DNA of 28,362 bases, taken from NCBI GenBank assembly GCA_036338595.1, contig JAYZBV010000069.1, positions 1 to 28,362 of the forward strand, written 5' to 3'. Numbering within the stretch: position 1 is the stretch's first letter; each line of letters starts with the position of its first letter. A program made the translations under genes and the position numbers. The notes beneath the pieces were generated by a model. That model searched no databases and was not told the DNA's origin. It saw only the letters and a program-made list of their open reading frames with translations. Shown here piece after piece: positions 1 through 9,170 of the stretch. This DNA comes from Planctomycetota bacterium (lineage in GTDB: Bacteria > Planctomycetota > UBA8108 > UBA1146).

Positions 1-69
1 GATCCAGCACGTCATCAGCGAAAGGCAGCACAGCAGCGCGACACCAGGTCGGAAAGAATACTTTGGCAT
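1..69 (-). CDS. N-terminal fragment of a probably secreted or membrane protein (runs off the left edge of the window)
   Basis: On the reverse strand, ATG at 69 is preceded by an SD-like AGAGGAG. It reads MPKYSFRPGVALLCCLSLMTCWI without a stop, resembling a signal peptide (basic n-region, hydrophobic h-region). Not in the ORF track because it is truncated. Confidence 0.6.
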   Translation of the reverse strand, partial: MPKYSFRPGVALLCCLSLMTCWI

Positions 70-404
70 TCGATGTTCTCCTCTGGACCCTCTGCAAACC
101 TGGATCAAAACTGATCATGAGAGAAAGGCACAGTAGCCGAAGTGGTGCTCCAGTACGAGCCTACCGGGATGGGAAGCCCGACGAGATGACCCGATCCCCT
201 CCCAGGGGCGCGCTGTGCAACATCTTCCGCGTGGTCTGCGTCCATCCGTGGCCATCTTCCGGGCGTAATCCCGTCGGATGAGAGGGCCACCCCATATTGC
301 CGCAGCCACGCCGGGGGAGTAACTTACTCGCTCAGTTGATCTTGGAGCCTGACCGCTGGACCGAGGATCGCTTCCACACCCTGCCTGTGCCGAGAGAGGA
401 AACC

Positions 405-2360
405 ATGAAGTTGCTCCCTGTTACGCACTCATGTCCGAGAGCGATACCTCTCTGCACTCCGAAGATGCTACTGATGCTGGCTCTACTGATGGGTGCTGGC
501 TGTACCGCCAAGTCTCCACCCTCCGAACCGGTTGCGAACTCCGATGGCGTGAATAGTTCAACCACCGCTCCGACCAGAACCGTGATTCGACGCGATCTTC
601 GCCAGCCGGAACCTGAACCCGATCAGACACTTCCCATCGGCGAGCCTTCCCCTGCATTCCTGGGCGAACTGACACCCGATGCCGTCACCGTCAACAGGAC
701 CGGAACCTACGGCGGTCGATTCGTCTACGCCATCCTCGGTGAGGTGGAAACCTTCAACCCGGTCGAGCCGAAAGGTGCCACCGACCAGGAGATTCGCGCC
801 CTCGCCTTCGCTGGACTGGTCACCTACAACAACGGCAGCTGGAAAACCGAGCCGGAACTGGCAAAATCCTGGGATGTCTCCGATGACTACCTGACCTGGA
901 CCTTCTTCCTGCGTGAGGGAATCCTCTGGAGTGACGGCGAGCCGGTGACCGTCGATGACGCATTGTTCTCGTTTCAGGCGGTCTTCCACGACCAGATCGC
1001 GACCAGCATCAAGGACGGTTTCAAGCATCCGGAAACCGGCGAACTTCCCACGGTCAGCATCGACCGCGAGCGAAACGCCATCATCTTCCAGTTGTCGAGC
1101 ATCGATTCACAGTTCATCACGCACATCGGAAATGTGCGGCTGATTCCTCACCACAAGTGGAAGGATCACCTGCAAGAGAAGAATCCGACCCTCTTGCAAC
1201 AGATGACTTCTGCTGCTTCACCTGCAGACCTGGTCGGTTGCGGCCCCTTCGTCCTCAAGAACTATGTCCCCGGCGAAAAGATCGTCTACCAGCGTAACCC
1301 CTATTACTGGAAGAAGGATTCGCGAGGCCAACGGCTGCCCTACCTCGATGAGCTGGTGATCCTGCTGATCAAGGATCTCAACCTGCAGTGGCAGAAGTTC
1401 GAAGCCGGGGAACTCGACATCTTCATGGACCTCCCCGCCGACCACTACAGGGAAGCATCCGCGATGGAGAAGGCGAACACGGCAGACCTGATCCGCCTCG
1501 GTGTCAGCCTCAATAGCAACTGGGTGAGCTTCAACCTGCATCCTGGTAAGGACCCCGAGACCGGTGAATCGTACGTCGATCCGGAAAAATCGTACTGGTT
1601 TCACCAGCTCGACTTCCGCAAGGCAGTCAATCATGCCATCGATCGTGATGGGATTCTGCGCACCGCTTTCCAGGGCAGAGCCACGCCGATCTGGTCCAGC
1701 ATCACCCCAGGTAATCGAAGCTGGTACCACAAGGGAGTGACCACCTATCCCCACTCGGTTGCAAAGGCCAATGAGTTGCTCGATGGATTGGGCTGGATGG
1801 ATAGTGACGGCGATGGTGTTCGCGAGGACGACCAGGGTCGCCCCATCGTTTTCAATCTCAACACCAATGTCGAGAACAATCTGCGCCAGCAGGTCGGTAA
1901 CCTGATCATGCAGGATCTGAGCACGGTCGGTATCAACGTCAACTTCAAACCGATCATCTTCAACGATCTGGTCACCAGCCTCAGAGATAGCCACAGATGG
2001 GATATGATTCTGCTGGGCTGGGGATCCGGCGTACCCCCCGATCCCGCCAACGGCAAGAACATCACCCTCTCCAGCGGCCGCCTTCACTGCTGGTACCCCC
2101 AGCAACCAGAACCGGCCACCGCATGGGAAGCACGCATCGATTCGCTGATGACGATGATGGACGAGGAACTCGATGACACCGTCCGGAAGAAGTATTACGA
2201 CGAGGTGCAGGAACTGATCGGTCAGAACATTCCGATCCTGTACCTGATCGCAGCCAACTCTTACGCCACGGTCAAGAAGGATCGGATCGGAAATCTGTGG
2301 CCAAGCGTGTTGCGTCCTCAACTGACCTGGAATCTCGAGTCCCTGTGGATCCGGGAATGA
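405..2360 (+). CDS. ABC transporter substrate-binding lipoprotein, solute-binding family 5 (OppA/AppA/DppA-like)
   Basis: Motifs include PELAKSWDVSDDYLTWTFFLREGILWSDGEPVTVDDALFS, VGCGPF, RNPYYWK, FRKAVNHAIDR and KANELLDGLGW. There is a lipobox-like MLLMLALLMGAG-C. Start moved from the ORF-track 297 to ATG 405, which follows GAGAGGA. Confidence 0.93.
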   Translation: MKLLPVTHSCPRAIPLCTPKMLLMLALLMGAGCTAKSPPSEPVANSDGVNSSTTAPTRTVIRRDLRQPEPEPDQTLPIGEPSPAFLGELTPDAVTVNRTGTYGGRFVYAILGEVETFNPVEPKGATDQEIRALAFAGLVTYNNGSWKTEPELAKSWDVSDDYLTWTFFLREGILWSDGEPVTVDDALFSFQAVFHDQIATSIKDGFKHPETGELPTVSIDRERNAIIFQLSSIDSQFITHIGNVRLIPHHKWKDHLQEKNPTLLQQMTSAASPADLVGCGPFVLKNYVPGEKIVYQRNPYYWKKDSRGQRLPYLDELVILLIKDLNLQWQKFEAGELDIFMDLPADHYREASAMEKANTADLIRLGVSLNSNWVSFNLHPGKDPETGESYVDPEKSYWFHQLDFRKAVNHAIDRDGILRTAFQGRATPIWSSITPGNRSWYHKGVTTYPHSVAKANELLDGLGWMDSDGDGVREDDQGRPIVFNLNTNVENNLRQQVGNLIMQDLSTVGINVNFKPIIFNDLVTSLRDSHRWDMILLGWGSGVPPDPANGKNITLSSGRLHCWYPQQPEPATAWEARIDSLMTMMDEELDDTVRKKYYDEVQELIGQNIPILYLIAANSYATVKKDRIGNLWPSVLRPQLTWNLESLWIRE

Positions 2361-2379
2361 AACCGGCGAAGAAGCAGCA

Positions 2380-3555
2380 TTGCTGACCTTCACCCTCCGA
2401 CGGCTGCTGTCGATACCGCCGCTGGTACTGGTGGTCTCTCTGCTGACCTTCTTGCTATTGAAGGCGGCTCCGGGAGACTTCTACAGTCAGCAGGAGGCGG
2501 ACCCATCTCGATCCCTGACCGAGGTGTTGCGGCAGAAGGAGTCCTCTGGACTGCTGGTTCGCCTGAGCCCCACCGAACTCGAAGCTCTCGGTGTTTTTCA
2601 GGACGACGGCTCGAACTGGTCCTTTCGTGACGACGGAGACAAAGCAGCGACGATTCTGCGCGAAGGCGAGGTTGTGCGCGGTCGCATGGCGAGCCGCAGC
2701 TTGCTCAATTTCCAGATCGAATCGATCAAGTATCAGTGCGATGACGAAGGCATCGTGTTCCGCAAGGTAGGCCCCATCGAGGGCTTCTTCTCCTGGTTCT
2801 TCAATGCCGCCACCGGCGACTTCGGCCGCTCCTACAAGTTCAATCGACCGGTCTTCGGCATCATCGCAGAACGGTTATGGAACACCCTGATCCTGTCGAT
2901 TGCTGCACTTGTGATCGCTTACGGCCTCGGCATCCCGCTGGGGATCTTCGCCGCAGTCAAACCGAACTCACTGGTGGACCACTCTGCAGGAATCGTCGCC
3001 TTCATCGGCCTGTCGATTCCGACCGTCTTCTCCGCACTGTTGGCGGTTCTGTTCGCCACTTATACCGGATGGTTTCCCATCGGCGATATGCGATCCCTCG
3101 ACTACGAGGCCTACAACGTGTGGGGCAAGATCGGTGATCGAATTCACCACCTGTTCTTGCCCGCCGTCGTGCTGGGGACCTCGGCGATGGCAGGCTACAT
3201 GCGCCAGGCACGTGGCAACATGATCGAAGCACTGGGACAGGACTATGTGCGCACCGCCCGGGCCAAGGGGGTTTCTCGAAATGGCGTGCTCTTCAAGCAC
3301 GCCTTCCGAAATGCCGTCAACCCACTCGTCACCCTGTTCGGCTACTCACTGGCCAGCTTGCTCAGCGGATCCCTGCTGGTCGAGATCGTCTTGAACTGGC
3401 CGGGGCTGGGAAGGCTCGTCTTCGAGGCGATCTCTGCCAAGGACGAACCCCTGGTTCTGGCAAGCGTGCTGATCTCCACCTTGCTGCTGGTCTTTGGCAA
3501 CCTGGTTGCTGACCTGCTGCTTGCGCTGGTCGATCCACGGGTGAGGCTATCGTGA
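2380..3555 (+). CDS. ABC transporter permease (OppB/DppB family)
   Basis: N-terminal RRLLSIPP...APGD, then GDFGRS, HHLFLP, EAA loop QDYVRTARAKG, HAFRNA, WPGLG and C-terminal DPRVR. TTG start. Confidence 0.95.
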   Translation: MLTFTLRRLLSIPPLVLVVSLLTFLLLKAAPGDFYSQQEADPSRSLTEVLRQKESSGLLVRLSPTELEALGVFQDDGSNWSFRDDGDKAATILREGEVVRGRMASRSLLNFQIESIKYQCDDEGIVFRKVGPIEGFFSWFFNAATGDFGRSYKFNRPVFGIIAERLWNTLILSIAALVIAYGLGIPLGIFAAVKPNSLVDHSAGIVAFIGLSIPTVFSALLAVLFATYTGWFPIGDMRSLDYEAYNVWGKIGDRIHHLFLPAVVLGTSAMAGYMRQARGNMIEALGQDYVRTARAKGVSRNGVLFKHAFRNAVNPLVTLFGYSLASLLSGSLLVEIVLNWPGLGRLVFEAISAKDEPLVLASVLISTLLLVFGNLVADLLLALVDPRVRLS

Positions 3556-4883
3556 ACCATCATCCTCAACAGCCCGAGCCAGAAGCCCAGATGGAAGCAG
3601 CTACAGGTTTAGCGCCACCTCGCGGCCCCTGGTCGATGTTGTGGCACCGCTTGCGCAAGAACCGCCTCGCCATGATTGGTGCGACCATCCTCCTGATCCT
3701 CTACCTGCTCAGTTGCTTCGGTGGCTTCATCGCCCCCTACGGCAGCAACGAAACCAACAAGTACACCGTCAAGTACGGACCGATGCTGCTGGGTGGATAC
3801 GTCATCGAGAAGATCGCCGAGGTGATCGACGAAGATGAAAACTACGAGAAGATCATCCGTGATACATACAGCCGTAAGTGGGAGTGGTTCGAGGGCGGCG
3901 TTCATTTTCATGATAGCGATGGCAACTTCACCCTCCGTCCCCACGTTCATCCCCTGCGCGAATACGTCTCCTGGGACGCCTATGGTGAAACGGAATACAT
4001 CCTCGCCGAAGATCGATCGATCTCGGTACCGGTGAGTTTCTTCGTCGAGGCCAGCGAACCGCACGAGATCTTCAGCCTGTGCGGATTCTTCCCGATCCAC
4101 GGCAGCACGCATTTGATGGGTATCGAGGCGGATGATCACCCCCCGGGGAAGGATCTGCACACGGGCCTGTTCCTGCTCGGAACCGACATCCTGGGGCGAG
4201 ACCTGTGGACGCGGATCCTCTACGGCGGCCAGATTTCGCTGTCGGTCGGGCTGATCGGCATCTTCATCAGTATCTCCATCGGCCTCGTCATCGGCGGAAT
4301 CGCTGGCTACTACGGAGGCCTCGCTGATTTCTGGCTGATGCGTCTGGTCGAGTTGCTACTGGCGATTCCAGGACTGTACCTGATCCTGACACTGCGCTAC
4401 GCGATTCCTGACGAGTTGAGCCCGCGTCAGACCTACATGATGATCGTCGCGATCCTGGCCATCGTGGGCTGGGCCAGCACTGGCCGGATGATCCGGGGAT
4501 TGGTGTTGAGCCTTCGTGAAAGTGAATATGCCCTCGCTGCCCGGGCGCTCGGCGGCTCCTCGGCACGGGTGATTCTGCGACACCTGCTGCCCAACACGGC
4601 TTCCATCGTCATCGTCACGGCGACTCTCTATGTCCCCTACTACATCCTCGGCGAGGTGGCGCTCTCCTTTCTCGGCTTCGGAATCACCGAGCCCGATTCT
4701 TCGTGGGGATTACTGCTCAAGGACTGCCAGGGCTCCGAGGTACTGAAGTACAATCCGTGGCTCGTGACACCGGGCCTGTTCATCTTCCTCGCCGTGCTGG
4801 CGTACAACTTCCTGGGCGATGGTTTGCGCGATGCCGCCGATCCCAGAGCATTCCTGGGTGTGTCAAAGAAGGCGAAGTCTTGA
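3552..4883 (+). CDS. ABC transporter permease (OppC/DppC family)
   Basis: WHRLRKNRLAMIG, LGTDILGRDLWTRILYGGQISL, EAA loop EYALAARALG, RHLLPN, LSFLGFG and FLGDGLRDAADPR. GTGA overlap with the upstream permease. Confidence 0.95.
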   Translation: MNHHPQQPEPEAQMEAATGLAPPRGPWSMLWHRLRKNRLAMIGATILLILYLLSCFGGFIAPYGSNETNKYTVKYGPMLLGGYVIEKIAEVIDEDENYEKIIRDTYSRKWEWFEGGVHFHDSDGNFTLRPHVHPLREYVSWDAYGETEYILAEDRSISVPVSFFVEASEPHEIFSLCGFFPIHGSTHLMGIEADDHPPGKDLHTGLFLLGTDILGRDLWTRILYGGQISLSVGLIGIFISISIGLVIGGIAGYYGGLADFWLMRLVELLLAIPGLYLILTLRYAIPDELSPRQTYMMIVAILAIVGWASTGRMIRGLVLSLRESEYALAARALGGSSARVILRHLLPNTASIVIVTATLYVPYYILGEVALSFLGFGITEPDSSWGLLLKDCQGSEVLKYNPWLVTPGLFIFLAVLAYNFLGDGLRDAADPRAFLGVSKKAKS

Positions 4884-6325
4884 TCTCTCCGACAGCACTG
4901 CTGCTTCTCTCTGCGCTGCTGGCTCCCGGTGCGCCTGCCCCACAATCGGCCACCAGCGATCCTCCTTCGATGCTGATCATCGTCGTCGACGATCTGGGCT
5001 GGAGGGACCTGGGTGTCACCGGAAGTACCTTCTACGAGACCCCCTGTATCGATCGTTTCGCAGCAGATGGAGTTCGTTTTCGTCGAGCCTACGCCGCCTG
5101 CCCCGTGTGCAGTCCGACCCGTGTCAGCCTCCAGTCGGGAATCCACCCGGCTCGACTCGCCACGACCGACTACTTCGGCGCACCGGGGCCCACCCGATGG
5201 AAGCGAAACACATCGCATCTGCCCGCTTCCTACAACGATCGACTACCCCTCGATCAGCTGACCATCGCGGAGATCGTCCGCGAACATGGCTATGCGACAT
5301 TTTTTGCGGGCAAATGGCACCTGGGCCCGGAGGGCTTCTGGCCCGAACAGCAGGGTTATCAGGTCAACCGCGGTGGCTGGACAGGGGGAGGCCCTTACGG
5401 CGGCAAGAAGTACTTCTCTCCCTACGGAAATCCACGCCTGACCGACGGTCCCGATGGAGAGCACCTTCCAGATCGGCTCGCATCCGAGACGATCCAGTTC
5501 ATCGAGCAGCACAAGGAGGATCCGTTCCTCGCCGTGCTCAGCTTCTACTCCGTCCACACACCGCTGATCGCGCGAGATGATCTGACGAAGAAGTACCGCC
5601 TGAAGAAGAAGCAACTGGGCCTGCAACTGACCTGGGGACGAGAGGGTCAGCGCAAGGTTCGCCAGGTGCAAGAACACGCTGTTTACGCGGGTATGGTCGA
5701 GGCGATGGACTCGGCGGTGGGCAAGGTTCTCGAAGCGCTCGTGCGCCTGGATCTCGACGAGAAGACCATCGTGATGTTGACCTCGGACAATGGCGGGCTG
5801 AGTACTTCCGAAGGACACCCGACCAGCAACCTACCGCTTCGTGGCGGCAAGGGATGGGTGTACGAGGGCGGGATACGAGTCCCGTGGCTGGCGAGAGGCC
5901 CGGGGATCTCGGGTGCTGGACGTCTGTGCGATTTTCCGATACAGAGCACGGACCTGGTACCGACGCTGCTGGAACTGGCAGGACTGCCCCATCCAGAGGG
6001 ATGGAAGCCGGACGGGCATTCGTTCCTGAAGGCGCTCACTGGCGCTGACCCGGGAGATCCCGTTCCACTCTTCTGGCACTATCCGCATTACGGCAATCAG
6101 GGCGGCAGCCCGGCATCGGCGGTGATCGAAGGAGACTGGAAACTGATCGAACTGCTCGAGGATCAGAGACGGGAACTCTACCACCTCGGCGAGGATCCTG
6201 GCGAGACGGTGATCCTCAATGAACGGCACCCGGAAGTACTGCTGAGGCTCACCGAGATGCTCCGGAAATGGCGCCAGGAGACGGGCGCTCGCATGCCTAC
6301 ACCTCGTCCAGAGAGTGACGGCTAA
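4880..6325 (+). CDS. Secreted formylglycine-dependent (Cys-type) sulfatase, arylsulfatase A-like
   Basis: IIVVDDLG, catalytic CSPTR (CxPxR), GKWHLG, SVHTP, SDNGG and LRGGKGWVYEGGIRVP. Probable TTG start at 4880 overlaps the permease stop (TTGA) and gives a hydrophobic signal peptide (LISPTALLLLSALLA). Confidence 0.93.
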   Translation: MISPTALLLLSALLAPGAPAPQSATSDPPSMLIIVVDDLGWRDLGVTGSTFYETPCIDRFAADGVRFRRAYAACPVCSPTRVSLQSGIHPARLATTDYFGAPGPTRWKRNTSHLPASYNDRLPLDQLTIAEIVREHGYATFFAGKWHLGPEGFWPEQQGYQVNRGGWTGGGPYGGKKYFSPYGNPRLTDGPDGEHLPDRLASETIQFIEQHKEDPFLAVLSFYSVHTPLIARDDLTKKYRLKKKQLGLQLTWGREGQRKVRQVQEHAVYAGMVEAMDSAVGKVLEALVRLDLDEKTIVMLTSDNGGLSTSEGHPTSNLPLRGGKGWVYEGGIRVPWLARGPGISGAGRLCDFPIQSTDLVPTLLELAGLPHPEGWKPDGHSFLKALTGADPGDPVPLFWHYPHYGNQGGSPASAVIEGDWKLIELLEDQRRELYHLGEDPGETVILNERHPEVLLRLTEMLRKWRQETGARMPTPRPESDG

Positions 6326-8283
6326 CGACAATCCCTGATCGCGTCGAGCGCATCGGGATTCGCTATGCTGGTCAGATCACCCAGATCCTCGTCCCCGAGA
6401 TGTCGGGCGCGAATCAGTCGTCTCACTATCTTTGCACTGCGTGTCTTCGGCAGATCGTCGACGAAATAGATCGCCCCGGGACGATCCACCTTTCCGAGTG
6501 CTTCGACGACCTGCGACACCAACTGCTGACGGAGTTCCTCGTCCTCGGAGACATCCCTATGGAGCACTGCAAAGCAGACCAGTTCCGTCCCCTTGAGTTC
6601 ATCCGGTACACCGATGGCGGCCGCTTCGCTCACTGCTGGGTGTGCGATCAAAGCAGATTCGATCTCACCAGGGCCGACCCTGCGTCCTGCAATATTGAGC
6701 GTATCGTCGGCTCTCCCGAACAGAAACCATTGCTCATCATCATCGACCATCGCCCAATCGCCATGATTCCAGACACCGGGAAATCGGGACCAGTACGTTT
6801 CCAGGTACTTCTCATCGGCACGCCAGAGCGATCTTGTCATCGAAGGGGCAGGACTCTTGCACACCAGATACCCCACCTCACCGCGCACCGAGTGACCATC
6901 CTCATCGAAGACATCTATATCCATACCGAGTCCTGCAGATTGAAGCGATGTCTCGCTGATCGGCAATACCGGCAGTGGCGCGAGGAAACAGCCGACAATA
7001 TCAGTGCCCCCCGAGATATTGATGATGGGAAGCTTGCCGCCCCCTACCTTTCTTGAATACCAGCGGTAACTGTCTGGATCCCACGGCTCTCCCGTCGACC
7101 CGAGGATCCTGAGCGACTCCATCGGATACCGATCCACTGGATCATCACCGGATCGCATCAGCAGACGGATGGCTGTCGGGCTGATTCCCAGGTGAGTCAC
7201 GCCGTAGCGCTCGACCATCTGCCACACTCGATCCGGTCCAGGATAATCGGGGGCGCCCTCGAACACGATGAAGGGCACTCGATTGAGCCAGCACCCGATG
7301 ATCTGCCACGGCCCCATCATCCAGCCGATATCGGAAAACCACCAGAACAGGTCCTTGTCTGGTCTGACATCGAAGTTGTACCGCACCTCTTTACCCATCT
7401 GCGCCATGCATCCCGCGTGGGTGTGCACCGTCCCCTTCGGCTTGCCGGTGGTTCCGCTGGTGTAGATCATCAGCGCTGGATCCATTGCAGCCATCATCTC
7501 GGTACAGGAATCGCCCTCGACGCTGGCGACCGCGTCTTGCCACCACAGATCTCTACCTTCTGTCATGGGGGCGTCACCATCACCACGGCGAAGCACCACC
7601 TGATGTTGCAGCGATTCCAGTCCATCCACAGCCAGGTCTGCCTGAGATTTGAGATCAAACTGTCGCCCTCTTCGGTTTCCGACATCCGCCGTGAAAAGCA
7701 ACCTGGCACCGGAGTCCTCGAGTCTTTCCCGGACCGAGGGCGGCGCATAACCACTGAATATCGGGATGAAAACAGCCCCGACCTTCATCGTCGCCAGCAT
7801 CGCAAAGACCACCTCACCCACCATCGGCATGAGGCAGGCAACCCGATCGCCTCTCTCGATGCCCAGCCCCGAGAGGAGTTGTGCTAGCCGTTGCACTTCA
7901 CGATCGGCATCTCCGAAACTCCAGCGACGCGAATTGCCATCCTCGTCCTCCGCAACCAGTGCCAGATCATCCGGCATCTCGGCAGCAGGAATGTCGAGGC
8001 AGTTCATCGCAATATTGGTCTTTCCCCCTGGAAACCAGTCAGCCCACTCCGGGCCCGCGGAGAGATCAACGACCTTGCTGTAGTTGCGCGACCATACGAC
8101 TCCCAGATCATCCAGCACTGCTGGCCAGAACCGTTCCGGATGCTGCTGGCTCCAGCGCACGAATCGACGTACCGACCCATCTATATCGTCGGGTTCGATC
8201 GGCATCCCGACCGCGGTCATCAGGTCAGCGACCCGCGTCGACATCACTTGATCGGGGTCCGGTAGCCAGACCGATGGGTTCAT
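6322..8283 (-). CDS. AMP-forming acyl-CoA synthetase (acetyl-/acetoacetyl-CoA synthetase-like)
   Basis: P-loop IYTSGTTGKPKG, WFSDIGWMMG, GSTGEPW, SGGTDI, WNHGD, GRADD and LPKTRSAKIVRR with the conserved catalytic/acetylation Lys. Confidence 0.92.
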   Translation of the reverse strand: MNPSVWLPDPDQVMSTRVADLMTAVGMPIEPDDIDGSVRRFVRWSQQHPERFWPAVLDDLGVVWSRNYSKVVDLSAGPEWADWFPGGKTNIAMNCLDIPAAEMPDDLALVAEDEDGNSRRWSFGDADREVQRLAQLLSGLGIERGDRVACLMPMVGEVVFAMLATMKVGAVFIPIFSGYAPPSVRERLEDSGARLLFTADVGNRRGRQFDLKSQADLAVDGLESLQHQVVLRRGDGDAPMTEGRDLWWQDAVASVEGDSCTEMMAAMDPALMIYTSGTTGKPKGTVHTHAGCMAQMGKEVRYNFDVRPDKDLFWWFSDIGWMMGPWQIIGCWLNRVPFIVFEGAPDYPGPDRVWQMVERYGVTHLGISPTAIRLLMRSGDDPVDRYPMESLRILGSTGEPWDPDSYRWYSRKVGGGKLPIINISGGTDIVGCFLAPLPVLPISETSLQSAGLGMDIDVFDEDGHSVRGEVGYLVCKSPAPSMTRSLWRADEKYLETYWSRFPGVWNHGDWAMVDDDEQWFLFGRADDTLNIAGRRVGPGEIESALIAHPAVSEAAAIGVPDELKGTELVCFAVLHRDVSEDEELRQQLVSQVVEALGKVDRPGAIYFVDDLPKTRSAKIVRRLIRARHLGDEDLGDLTSIANPDALDAIRDCR

Positions 8284-9170
8284 CGGACACTCCCTCGTGG
8301 TGGTGTGTGGATCTGATGCTGGTATTGAGCTGCCAGTTTGGTCGCGATGGAGGTTTGCTGATCACTGGTCAGATCATGCCCATCGATGCTGGCAACAGGG
8401 ACGATTCCCGACACCGAAGAGGTCAGAAACGCCTCCTGTGCAGCCCTGATCTCCAGCTCGGGAAAGAGCCCTTCGATCACCTCCGTGCCGCTCGATTGCA
8501 GCCATCGAATCGCCCACGCCCGCGTGATCCCCTCGAGGACCAGATCACGGCTACAGGTGAAGACGGCGCCGTCCCTGACCCAGAACAAGTTGGCACACGA
8601 TGTCTCTGTCAAGATTCCATCGGGTGACAGCAGGATCCCATCGTCGGCACCACGACCGATGGCGTCCTCCCTCGCCCGTACCGATGAGAGGAAATTCCCA
8701 CTCTTGATCGTCGGATCGAGGACTTCCGGGGGAGCTTTCCTGTACTTCGAGATGACGAGGTGTACCGGAAGAATCGGCAGTTCCGGTGCCAGAGCCGTCA
8801 CCGTGACGATCAACCGCGGTCGACAGCCGTCTCCATCCAGCCGGCCATCGATACGGTCCCCCCGTGTCATCGTGATCCGCACAACCGCATCCACTTCACC
8901 GGGGAGACGGGCCAGCATTGTGTCCAGCAACTGCTCCATCCAGCAGTCATCGAAATCGACGGCCATCCCCAAACGGCTCGCAGAATTGCGAAACCGCTGC
9001 AGGTGATCGGAGAGGAACAATCCCATCCTCTGGACGGTTCGAAGCGTCTCGAACACCGATTCGCCATAGAGGAAGCCGCGATCGAGCACGCCGATCGACG
9101 CGGACTCCGTCGGCACGATTTCACCATCGATCCATGTCCATGAAGAGGCGTCAGGGTGAATATCGCTCAC
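8280..9170 (-). CDS. PLP-dependent class IV aminotransferase (IlvE / D-amino-acid aminotransferase / PabC family)
   Basis: WIDGEIV, DRGFLYGESVFETLR, HLQRF, PLP-Lys motif IKSGNF, ETSCANLFWV, LEGITR and EAFLTSS. 4-bp overlaps with both neighbours. Confidence 0.92.
   Translation of the reverse strand: MSDIHPDASSWTWIDGEIVPTESASIGVLDRGFLYGESVFETLRTVQRMGLFLSDHLQRFRNSASRLGMAVDFDDCWMEQLLDTMLARLPGEVDAVVRITMTRGDRIDGRLDGDGCRPRLIVTVTALAPELPILPVHLVISKYRKAPPEVLDPTIKSGNFLSSVRAREDAIGRGADDGILLSPDGILTETSCANLFWVRDGAVFTCSRDLVLEGITRAWAIRWLQSSGTEVIEGLFPELEIRAAQEAFLTSSVSGIVPVASIDGHDLTSDQQTSIATKLAAQYQHQIHTPPRGSVR

Noticed and set aside
70..404. Possible ncRNA, riboswitch or small ORFs in the first intergenic region
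   Set aside because: I recognise no tRNA or riboswitch consensus, and the short ORFs lack an SD or motifs. An Rfam scan would be needed to exclude it.
1795..1830. DSDGDGVRE EF-hand-like loop in the binding protein as a second dockerin
   Set aside because: It is a single DxDxDG loop, a common feature of family-5 binding proteins, and is not duplicated.
1218..2393. 391-aa antisense ORF over the binding-protein gene
   Set aside because: Shadow ORF caused by GC-rich codon bias. It has no motifs and lies opposite a well-supported gene.
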